Source of the DNA: Actinomycetota bacterium
GTDB taxonomy: Bacteria > Actinomycetota > Acidimicrobiia > Spongiisociales > UBA5794
Assembly: GCA_011371355.1 (NCBI GenBank)
Contig: DRQR01000107.1
Coordinates: 1 to 24,000, forward strand
Length of the DNA stretch: 24,000 nucleotides
Direction of reading: 5' to 3'
Shown in pieces: positions 9,129-16,122 of this stretch; within the stretch, counting starts at the first letter, position 1, and every line of letters starts with the position of its first letter. The notes beneath the pieces were generated by a model, which saw only the letters and a program-made list of their open reading frames with translations, searched no databases and was not told the origin of the DNA. The translations under genes were made by a program, and so were the position numbers.

Positions 9129-11060
9129 TCACCGCGGGGGGCGGGAGGCCTCGGCGAGGGAAGCGACGGCCTCGTCGAGCGGTACGTCCCGCCGCTCGCG
9201 ATCGGCGCCCCTGAGCCGTAGTCCGACCGTCCCGGCCTCGGCGTCCCGATCCCCCACCACGAGGACCGCGGGGTGCTTCTGGGTGATCGCCCTGCGGATC
9301 TTCTCCCCGACCGTCTCGTCGGCCGCGTCGACCTCGACGCGGAGGCCCGCCTGCCGGAGGCGGCGTCCCACCTCCTCGGCGTAGGCGACGTGGCGGTCCG
9401 CCACGGGCACGACGGTCGCCTGGACCGGGGAGAGCCAGGACGGGAAGGCGCCCGCGTAGTGCTCGACGAGGATCCCGATGAACCGCTCGACCGAACCGAA
9501 GAGCGCCCGGTGGACCATCACCGGCCGAGTTCGGGTGTTCTCCGAGGTCGTGTAGACGAGGCCGAAGTTCTCCGGTTGGGCGAAGTCGACCTGGATCGTC
9601 GAGAGCTGCCACCGTCGCCCGATCGCGTCCCGGATGTGGACGTCGATCTTCGGCCCGTAGAAGGCCCCTTCCCCCTCGGCGACGGCGTAGTCGAGCCCGG
9701 CGGCGTCGAGGGCGCTCCGGAGCGCCGACTCCGCCCGTTCCCACAGGTCGGGGGCGCCGACGTACTTCTCCGGCCTCGTCGACAAGTCGGCCTCGAACTC
9801 CTCGAATCCGAAGTCCCGCAGCACCATGAGCACGAAGTCCAAGAGCCCCGCCAACTCGGCGCCGAGGTCCTCCTCGGCGACGAAGATGTGGGCGTCGTCC
9901 TGGGTGAAGCCGCGGGCCCGCAGGAGTCCGTGGAGGACGCCGGATCGCTCGTAGCGGTAGACGGTGCCGAGTTCGAAGAGCCGGAGGGGGAGCTCCCGGT
10001 AGCTGCGGCTCCGGGAACGGTAGACGAGGATGTGGAAGGGACAGTTCATCGGCTTGACGTGGTACCGCTGCCCGTGGTCGAGCTCCATGGGCGGGTACAT
10101 GCCCTCGGCGTAGAACCGCAGGTGTCCCGAGGTCTCCCACAGGTCCGCCTTCGCCACGTGCGGGGTCACGACGTGTTCGTATCCGTGGTCCGCGTGGACG
10201 CGCCTCGAGTAGTCCTCGATCTCCCGACGAAGGATCCCGCCCTTGGGATGCCAGATCGCCAACCCCGCCCCCAACTCGGGGGGGAAGGAGTAGAGGTCGA
10301 GTTCGACCCCGAGCCGGCGATGATCGCGGCGTTCGGCCTCCTCGAGACGATGCAGATGGTCCGCCAGGGCCTTCGACGACTCCCACGCGGTGCCGTAGAT
10401 CCGCTGGAGCTGCGGCCGTCGTTCGTCGCCCCGCCAGTAGGCGCCGGAGCTCCGCAGGAGCTTCACCGCGGGGATGCGACCCGTCGATGGGACGTGCGGC
10501 CCCCGGCAGAGATCGACGAAGCCGTCGTTCCGGTAGACGCTCACCACGCCCTCGCCCACCCCCTCCCCCTCGTCGACGCCTCGGATGATCTCGAGCTTGT
10601 AGGGCTGGTCGGCGAAGACCTCGAGCGCGTCGTCGATGCTGAGCTCCTCGCGGACGAAGGGTTGATCCTCGTCGATGATCTCGAGCATCTTCGCTTCGAT
10701 CCGCTCGAGATCCTCCGGGGTGAAGGGGCGACCGATGTCGAAGTCGTAGTAGAAGCCGTCGGTGATCGGCGGACCGATGGCGAACTTCGCCCCGGGGTAG
10801 AGGTCGAGGACGGCTTGGGCGAGCACGTGGGCCGCGGAGTGCCGGAGCACCGACCTCCCCTCGTCGGTGTCCCTCGTCACCACCCGGAAGCGTCCTCCCC
10901 GCTCGAGGGGCCGGGTGAGGTCGTACCACTCGTCGTCGATGCGGACGGCGACGGCCGCCTCGGCGAGCCGAGGGCCGATCTCCCGGGCGACGTCGAGACC
11001 GGTCGTTCCCTCCGGGTACGACCGCACCGACCCATCGGGCAGGATCAGCTCGACGCCCAT
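9129..11060 (-). CDS. thrS: Threonine--tRNA ligase
   Basis: Track ORF 9129..11132 trimmed to ATG 11060, which is preceded by GAGGAAGGAG. MGVELILPDGSVRSYPEGTTGLDVA is the TGS domain, HSAAHVLAQAV belongs to the editing domain, and FRREIEDY-like class II motifs are present. The 24 upstream codons of the track ORF overlap the divergent promoter region. Confidence 0.95.
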   Translation of the reverse strand: MGVELILPDGSVRSYPEGTTGLDVAREIGPRLAEAAVAVRIDDEWYDLTRPLERGGRFRVVTRDTDEGRSVLRHSAAHVLAQAVLDLYPGAKFAIGPPITDGFYYDFDIGRPFTPEDLERIEAKMLEIIDEDQPFVREELSIDDALEVFADQPYKLEIIRGVDEGEGVGEGVVSVYRNDGFVDLCRGPHVPSTGRIPAVKLLRSSGAYWRGDERRPQLQRIYGTAWESSKALADHLHRLEEAERRDHRRLGVELDLYSFPPELGAGLAIWHPKGGILRREIEDYSRRVHADHGYEHVVTPHVAKADLWETSGHLRFYAEGMYPPMELDHGQRYHVKPMNCPFHILVYRSRSRSYRELPLRLFELGTVYRYERSGVLHGLLRARGFTQDDAHIFVAEEDLGAELAGLLDFVLMVLRDFGFEEFEADLSTRPEKYVGAPDLWERAESALRSALDAAGLDYAVAEGEGAFYGPKIDVHIRDAIGRRWQLSTIQVDFAQPENFGLVYTTSENTRTRPVMVHRALFGSVERFIGILVEHYAGAFPSWLSPVQATVVPVADRHVAYAEEVGRRLRQAGLRVEVDAADETVGEKIRRAITQKHPAVLVVGDRDAEAGTVGLRLRGADRERRDVPLDEAVASLAEASRPPR

Positions 11061-11088
11061 CACGCTCCTTCCTCGCTCGCGGCGGGAC

Positions 11089-11094
11089 AGGCTA
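11089..11094 (-). promoter_or_regulatory. Candidate -10 box TAGCCT for thrS
   Basis: TANNNT on the reverse strand, 28 nt upstream of ATG 11060, upstream of GAGGAAGGAG. Confidence 0.3.
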
Positions 11095-11152
11095 CCCCGC
11101 TCGGCGTGCGTTCCCCGTCGTCCGTGCGACAATGGTCGCGGAGGTGAGGGGA

Positions 11153-12022
11153 ATGGCCGACGTCGTGCAGCTCGCAGAACGAATGAGTCCTCGGGGCAGC
11201 GTGCAGGACCTCAGCGGTCCGGTGCGAGAGCTCGGGGCGAACCGCGTCTTCCGGATCTGGACCGACGACGGGCCGCGGGTCCTCAAGGTCTACGGGACCC
11301 CGGCGCGAGAACGCCGCGAGCTCCGTGCCCTCGAGGTGCTCGACGGCATCGAGGGCCTGCCCAGGATCCTCGACCGCGGCCGCGACGACGAGTTCGTCTG
11401 GGCGGTCTTCGCGGACGCCGGGCGTTGGAACCTCGCCACCCTGCCGGAGAACACCGCGCTGACGAAGAAGGCCGGGGAGATCCTCCGCACCGTCCACACC
11501 GCCACGAACGCGCGCATCTCCAACCTCAACCGGGGCATCGACCAGGAATGGGTCGAGATCGACTTCCGCTCCACGGTCCGGCGCCTCCGCCGTTACCGCG
11601 GCAAGATCGGGATCACCGAGCAGCTCATCGAGGCCGCGGAGCTCGTGGCGAGGGACACCACCCCCTTCGCCTCCGAGCCCCGACCGGCGCACACCGATCC
11701 CAAGCCGACGAACTTCCTCGTCGACGACGAGGGGAACGTCACCCTCGTGAACTGGGAGTGGGCCACCCTCGCGCCACCCGAATGGGACCTCTCGAAGGCC
11801 GTCTGGCTCGTCACCCGCAGCTCGGGACCCGGCGCCGCCGAGGCGCTCCAGGAGGGGTACGGCCGGAGGATCGATCCGGCCCAGCTCGACCGCTGGGTCG
11901 TCTACCACGCCGCGATGGGGCTCGTCTTCGAGGCGGAGCGGCGGGTCGGCGGCCGCTCCCGCGAGCCCTACGAACAGCTCCTCGCCGAGCTCCGGCGAGC
12001 GGTCGCCGCGACGGCCACCTGA
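11153..12022 (+). CDS. Phosphotransferase-enzyme-family (APH/choline-kinase fold) kinase-like protein
   Basis: Track ORF 11132..12022. ATG 11153 is preferred (GGAGGTGAGGGGA upstream); ATG 11132 is possible. N-lobe VLKVYG (Lys) and ERRELRALEVL (Glu); Brenner motif HTDPKPTNFLVD. The expected [IV]D[FW]E motif reads VNWEW. Confidence 0.75.
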   Translation: MADVVQLAERMSPRGSVQDLSGPVRELGANRVFRIWTDDGPRVLKVYGTPARERRELRALEVLDGIEGLPRILDRGRDDEFVWAVFADAGRWNLATLPENTALTKKAGEILRTVHTATNARISNLNRGIDQEWVEIDFRSTVRRLRRYRGKIGITEQLIEAAELVARDTTPFASEPRPAHTDPKPTNFLVDDEGNVTLVNWEWATLAPPEWDLSKAVWLVTRSSGPGAAEALQEGYGRRIDPAQLDRWVVYHAAMGLVFEAERRVGGRSREPYEQLLAELRRAVAATAT

Positions 12023-12050
12023 AATCCACCGCTTCCGGACCCGCCTCGCG

Positions 12051-12056
12051 TAGCCT
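12051..12056 (+). promoter_or_regulatory. Candidate -10 box TAGCCT for the zinc-ribbon gene
   Basis: TANNNT, 27 nt upstream of ATG 12084, ahead of the GAGGAG SD. Confidence 0.25.
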
Positions 12057-12083
12057 GGCCGCAGTCTCGACGAGGAGCTGGAG

Positions 12084-12302
12084 ATGATCGAGATCGTCGC
12101 GGCCTTCGGGATCGTCGTGGGAGGCATGGTCGCCGCCTCGAGCGGCCTCGGGACCCGAAGGCCCCCCGCTCCTCCGGCGCCCGTCGAGTCCGATCCGCGA
12201 GATCCGATCGTCCTCGACGTGGATCTCCCCTGCCCTTGGTGCCTCGCCCCCACCACCGAAGCCGATCGTCGCTGCCCGTCCTGCGGTCAGCGGTTCGGCT
12301 GA
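12084..12302 (+). CDS. Small membrane-anchored zinc-ribbon protein (72 aa)
   Basis: Track ORF. ATG is preceded by GAGGAGCTGGAG. N-terminal hydrophobic helix IEIVAAFGIVVGGMVAASSGLG, a Pro-rich linker, then CPWC-x11-CPSC. GC3 is about 82% by my count, a little lower than neighbouring genes. Confidence 0.5.
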   Translation: MIEIVAAFGIVVGGMVAASSGLGTRRPPAPPAPVESDPRDPIVLDVDLPCPWCLAPTTEADRRCPSCGQRFG

Positions 12303-13129
12303 ACCCCGCCTGGCGGTCGATACTCGACGTTCTCCGCGTCGACGAGGAACCCCAGCCGACGGTAGAGGCGTCGGGCGGGCTCGTTCGCGGCATCGGTCCA
12401 CAACACCGCTCGGCGGCAACCCGCGTCCGAGAGCCGGCGGAGTCCTTCGAGGACGAGGGCGCGGCCGAGCCCTCGACCCTGGTGGCGAGGGTCGGCGGCG
12501 ACGACGTGGATCTCCCCCACCTCGGCGGCGGGTCGGGTCGTCCAACAGAACCCCACGAGCTCGTCGCCCTCCCGGGCGACCACGATCGCCGCCGGCGGGC
12601 TTCCGGCCGTGCGTCGACGGAACTCGGCGACGTCGAGGGTCCCCTGCTCCCGGTGGTCGGCGAAGGCCCTGGCGTTGACCGCGACGATCTCGGCGTCGTC
12701 GATCCCGGGCCGCCGCGAATCCAAGACGATGCCGGGGGGCGGCTCGGGGGGCGGCGCCGGGAGGGAACGGCGCATCCGCACCACACCGCGCAGGGGCCGG
12801 TACCCCCTCGCCTCGAGGGCCGCGCGCTGGGCGGCACGATGAGCCCAGACCGTCCAGGACCGGTCGCCCACGAGGGACTCGGCACGTTCGATCGCCGCGG
12901 GCTCCACCCAAGGACGCACCTCCGGGGCCACGGCGACCTCGACGGCGTCGTGCTCCGGATAGGGGGCGACCACGGCGACGACGACCGGTCGGTCCTCCAC
13001 ACCCCAGATCCCGAAGCGACCGGGACGTCGCCCCGCCACCACCTCCTCCTTCGCCGCGCTCAGCGGTGGCAGCTCGTCCTCGTCCCAGGCCGCGACGAGG
13101 CGGGCGGCGAGGTCGGGATCGGCGGCCAT
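12287..13129 (-). CDS. mshD: Tandem-GNAT acetyltransferase, mycothiol synthase MshD-like
   Basis: Track ORF 12287..13162. ATG 13129 is preferred (GAGGTGGAGCC upstream); GTG 13162 is an alternative. WAHRAAQ...LRGVVRMRRSLP...DDAEIVAVNARAFADHREQG...GEIHVVAADPRHQGRGLGRAL...RLYRRLGF parallels MshD block by block. Confidence 0.65.
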   Translation of the reverse strand: MAADPDLAARLVAAWDEDELPPLSAAKEEVVAGRRPGRFGIWGVEDRPVVVAVVAPYPEHDAVEVAVAPEVRPWVEPAAIERAESLVGDRSWTVWAHRAAQRAALEARGYRPLRGVVRMRRSLPAPPPEPPPGIVLDSRRPGIDDAEIVAVNARAFADHREQGTLDVAEFRRRTAGSPPAAIVVAREGDELVGFCWTTRPAAEVGEIHVVAADPRHQGRGLGRALVLEGLRRLSDAGCRRAVLWTDAANEPARRLYRRLGFLVDAENVEYRPPGGVQPNR

Positions 13130-13186
13130 GGGCTCCACCTCGGGGAGCCTATCGGCCGGCACGATCGGAGGCGGCGTCGCGCCTCG

Positions 13187-13192
13187 TATGCT
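13187..13192 (+). promoter_or_regulatory. Candidate -10 box TATGCT, leaderless patatin transcript
   Basis: TANNNT ends 8 nt upstream of GTG 13201, and there is no SD in between. Confidence 0.3.
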
Positions 13193-13200
13193 GCGGCGCC

Positions 13201-14169
13201 GTGAGCGGGATCGGACTCGTCCTCGGAGGCGGCGGCGTGACCGGCGCGGCCTTCCACTTCGGCGTGCTCCTCGCCCTGCGGCTCGCCACGGGATGGGAGC
13301 CGAACGAGGCCGACGTGATCGTCGGCACCTCCTCGGGCGCCTTCGTGGGCGCCATGGTGCGAGGTGGGAAGCTCGACGTCGACTCGATGATCGGCGACAA
13401 CGAGTCGCGGGAGGCCGCGGCGGCCTGGCTCCAGCGGCAGGTCTACCCCCGCGCCCGGCCCGGCGGGGTGGGTCGATGGGTCACGAAGAGCCTCCTCCCC
13501 GCCCTCCGCCGTCCCACGATCAACGTCGTCCTCGGCAGTCCCGGCGTCTACACCACCCGCGGGATCGAGGAGTGGATGCAGGCGCGCCTGGGCCCGCTCG
13601 CCGAGTCGTGGCCGCCGCGACCGACGGTCGTCGTCGCCTACGACCTCGAGGCTCGAGCCCGGGTCCCCTTCGGCACCGACGCCGCACCCGAGGTGCCGCT
13701 CCGACGTGCCGTGGCCGCCTCGAGCGCCGTCCCGGTGGTGTACGAGCCGGTGGAGATCGAAGGTCGCTGGTACGTCGACGGCGGGGTCGCCTCGGGAACG
13801 AACGCCGATCTCGTGCTCCTCCACCCCGAGCCCCTCGACCTCGTCGTCGTCGTGGCCCCCCTGGCGGCCACCGACCCTCGCCGGGGTCGTCGCTTCTACG
13901 AGGACGTCCTCGACCGGCTCGGACGCAACGCCCTCGGTACCGAGCTCGAGGCGATCCGCCGGGCGTGGCCGGACACCGACCTCCTCGTGCTCCGGCCCGA
14001 CGAGCGGGTGCTCGACGTGTCGCGACCGAACCCGATGTCCACCTCCGCGACGATCCCCACCTTCCTCGCCACCCTACGGTCGATGCGGGACGAGCTCGGA
14101 GACCCGGTGACCTGGCGGCTCCTCGAACGGCACCTGCCGACCCTCGACGGCGCGGCCCCCGCCGGCTGA
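13201..14169 (+). CDS. Patatin-like phospholipase
   Basis: Frame of track ORF 13066..14169, first plausible start GTG 13201. GLVLGGGGVTGAAFHFG (glycine-rich oxyanion loop), GTSSGA (GxSxG nucleophile), YVDGGVASGTN (catalytic DGG). Confidence 0.85.
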   Translation: MSGIGLVLGGGGVTGAAFHFGVLLALRLATGWEPNEADVIVGTSSGAFVGAMVRGGKLDVDSMIGDNESREAAAAWLQRQVYPRARPGGVGRWVTKSLLPALRRPTINVVLGSPGVYTTRGIEEWMQARLGPLAESWPPRPTVVVAYDLEARARVPFGTDAAPEVPLRRAVAASSAVPVVYEPVEIEGRWYVDGGVASGTNADLVLLHPEPLDLVVVVAPLAATDPRRGRRFYEDVLDRLGRNALGTELEAIRRAWPDTDLLVLRPDERVLDVSRPNPMSTSATIPTFLATLRSMRDELGDPVTWRLLERHLPTLDGAAPAG

Positions 14170-14171
14170 GC

Positions 14172-14522
14172 TCATGCCCGCGCCGAGTCGCGAAGGCGAG
14201 CGGCCTCTCGCTGGGCCTCCGCGAGGATCTCGGCCGCCTCTCGTCTCGCCCGGGCGAGCATCTCGTCCCGGGCCTTCGTGGCCGTCAGGATCGTGAGCTG
14301 GAGCGCCTCTTCGGCGGCGAGGACGTCGGCGACCTTGGCCCGGGCCTCTTCGAGCCGTCCTTCGAGATCGACGACGAGTCGCCGCAGCCGGGCGACCTCC
14401 TGCGCCACCTCGTCGAGGAAGGCCGTCACCTGCTGGGGATCGAAGCCGCGTCGGGTCATCTCGAACCGCTTGGAACGGATCTGCGCGGGGTCGAGGCCGC
14501 GGGGCCCCTGTTCGTCGGCCAT
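14172..14522 (-). CDS. DivIVA-domain protein (116 aa)
   Basis: Track ORF 14172..14669 trimmed to ATG 14522. LDPAQIRSKRFEMTRRGFDPQQVTAFLDEVAQEV is the DivIVA N-terminal domain, followed by a coiled-coil-like A/E/R-rich tail. The upstream 49 codons overlap the divergent promoter region and the PolDom start. Confidence 0.8.
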   Translation of the reverse strand: MADEQGPRGLDPAQIRSKRFEMTRRGFDPQQVTAFLDEVAQEVARLRRLVVDLEGRLEEARAKVADVLAAEEALQLTILTATKARDEMLARARREAAEILAEAQREAARLRDSARA

Positions 14523-14579
14523 GGGACACCTATCGGAGCCCCTCGGAAGCCGGTTGACCCCTTTCCCCGGACCCGTCGA

Positions 14580-14585
14580 TACCCT
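14580..14585 (+). promoter_or_regulatory. Candidate -10 box TACCCT, leaderless PolDom-SpoU transcript
   Basis: TANNNT ends 7 nt upstream of ATG 14593, with no SD. TTGACC at 14554-14559 is a possible -35, but the spacer is a long 20 nt. Confidence 0.35.
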
Positions 14586-14592
14586 CCGTGCG

Positions 14593-15483
14593 ATGGGCCA
14601 CGAGCCGACCACGCCTCCGATCGCCGTCACCCAGCCCACGAAGGTGCTCTTCCCCCGAGACGGGATCACGAAGCGGGACGTCGTCGACTACTACGTCGGG
14701 ATCGCGGATCGCCTCCTCCCGCATCTCGCCGGCAGACCCCTCACCCTCGAGCGCTACCCGGACGGTATCGACCGCGAGGGCTGGATCCAACGGAACGCCC
14801 CCGACTGGTTCCCCCCGATCATCGGACGCCTCGAGGTGCCGAAGGTCGGCGGCCGCACCCGCTACCCCGTGATCACCGACCTCGCCGGCCTCGTCTACCT
14901 CGTGAACCTCGCGACGATCACCTTCCACGTGCCGCCGGTCGTCGCCGACGACCTCACCCACCCCGACGTCCTCGTCTTCGACCTCGACGGTCCCGAGGAC
15001 GCCGGACCCGAACCCGTCCGCCGCGCCGCCGCCCTCGTACGAGACCACCTCGAGGGCCTCGGGATCCCCTCCTACGTGAAGACGACCGGTTCCGCCGGGT
15101 ACCACGTCCACGTCTTCGTCGTCCCCGAGCTGCCCACCGAGGCCTTCGCGGCCACGGCGAAGGCCCTCGCGGACGAGCTCGTCGCCGCCCACCCCGACGA
15201 GCTCACCTCGGCGTTGCGGAAGCGGGATCGGGGAGACCGGGTCTTCGTCGACTGGCTCCGCAACCGCTTCCCCGCCACCGCCGTGGCGCCCTGGTCCCTG
15301 CGGGCCCGACCCGGCGCACCGATCGCGGCCCCGATCCGGTGGGAGGATCTCCCGTCCGTGGCGCCCCGCGACCGCACCCTCCGGGACGTCGCCGCGCTCG
15401 CCGCCGAACCCGATCCCTGGCAGGGGCGCCGCCCGATCTCCCTCGTCCCCCAGGCTCGCCGGCTCGGGATCCTGGAGCCATGA
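14593..15483 (+). CDS. Stand-alone LigD-type polymerase domain (archaeo-eukaryotic primase family, PolDom)
   Basis: Frame of track ORF 14278..15483, ATG 14593. VTQPTKVLFPRDGITKRDVVDYY; AEP motifs VFDLDG, KTTGSAGYHVHV, VFVDWLRNRFPATAVAPWSLRARPGAPIAAPIRWEDL. No SD; a TACCCT box ends 7 nt upstream. Confidence 0.88.
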   Translation: MGHEPTTPPIAVTQPTKVLFPRDGITKRDVVDYYVGIADRLLPHLAGRPLTLERYPDGIDREGWIQRNAPDWFPPIIGRLEVPKVGGRTRYPVITDLAGLVYLVNLATITFHVPPVVADDLTHPDVLVFDLDGPEDAGPEPVRRAAALVRDHLEGLGIPSYVKTTGSAGYHVHVFVVPELPTEAFAATAKALADELVAAHPDELTSALRKRDRGDRVFVDWLRNRFPATAVAPWSLRARPGAPIAAPIRWEDLPSVAPRDRTLRDVAALAAEPDPWQGRRPISLVPQARRLGILEP

Positions 15484-16121
15484 GTCCCCGTCCGCCCGAT
15501 CGAACCGTCGGCGTCGGTCCCCACCCCGAACCCTGGCCCGACGACCCCCGCCTCGATCCCCGGCTCCTCGCCGAGGGGGATCGCCGCAACGTCGTCGACC
15601 GCTACCGCTACTGGCGGACCGAGGCGATCGTCGCCGATCTCGACCGGCGCCGCCATCCCTTCCACGTCGCGATCGAGAACTGGCAGCACGACTTCAACAT
15701 CGGGACCGTCGTACGGAACGCGAACGCGTTCCTCGCCGCCTCGGTCCGCATCGTGGGCCGGCGCCGGTGGAACCGCCGGGGTGCGATGGTGACCGACCGC
15801 TACCTCCACGTCCACCACCATCCGACGGTGGCCGACCTCGCCGCCTGGGCCGAGACCGAGGGCCTCCCCATCTACGGCATCGACATCGTGCCCGGGGCGG
15901 TGCCCATCGAGCACGTCGAGCTCCCCGAACGCGTCGTGCTCCTCTTCGGCCAGGAGGGGCCGGGGCTGACGCCGGAGGCCCTCGCCGTCTCCGAGGTCGT
16001 CTGTGCGATCTCCCAGTTCGGCTCCACCCGCTCCCTGAACGCCGGAGTGGCCTCCGGCATCGCGATGCACCAGTGGATCCTGCGCCACGCGGCGCTCCCC
16101 CCACCCCCGACGGCGCCCTGA
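15480..16121 (+). CDS. SpoU/TrmH-family (SPOUT) RNA methyltransferase
   Basis: Last 213 codons of track ORF 13128..16121. ATG 15480 overlaps the PolDom TGA (ATGA). SPOUT motifs NIGTVVRNANAF, LLFGQEGPGL, STRSLNAGVASGIAMH. Confidence 0.85.
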   Translation: MSPRPPDRTVGVGPHPEPWPDDPRLDPRLLAEGDRRNVVDRYRYWRTEAIVADLDRRRHPFHVAIENWQHDFNIGTVVRNANAFLAASVRIVGRRRWNRRGAMVTDRYLHVHHHPTVADLAAWAETEGLPIYGIDIVPGAVPIEHVELPERVVLLFGQEGPGLTPEALAVSEVVCAISQFGSTRSLNAGVASGIAMHQWILRHAALPPPPTAP

Positions 16122-16122
16122 G

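Noticed and set aside
11061-11131. A possible T-box, riboswitch or leader peptide upstream of thrS.
   Set aside because: Only about 70 nt is available, shared with a divergent gene. That is far too short for a T-box, and there is no specifier or antiterminator-like structure.
11061-11132. A 24-codon N-terminal extension of thrS in the track (MSHGRRGTHAERG...).
   Set aside because: ATG 11060 has a strong GAGGAAGGAG SD and begins exactly at the conserved TGS-domain N-terminus. The extension would cover the divergent promoter region.
12734-12765. A canonical G-quadruplex motif, GGGGGG-N6-GGGGGG-N7-GGG-N1-GGG, on the + strand inside the MshD-like gene.
   Set aside because: It is the antisense of a Pro-rich linker (PAPPPEPPPG, CCN codons). 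Such motifs are expected by composition in a genome this GC-rich, and nothing suggests a specific role.
14167-14174. Palindromes formed by facing stop codons: TGAGCTCA at 14167-14174 and CCTGAGTCAGG at 16117-16127.
   Set aside because: TGA and TCA are reverse complements, so two convergent TGA stops a few nt apart are automatically palindromic. The stems have loops of at most 1 nt and cannot fold as hairpins.
14593-15483. A complete NHEJ locus (Ku plus LigD).
   Set aside because: Only the polymerase domain is encoded. There is no ligase or nuclease domain in the ORF and no Ku-like gene in the window.
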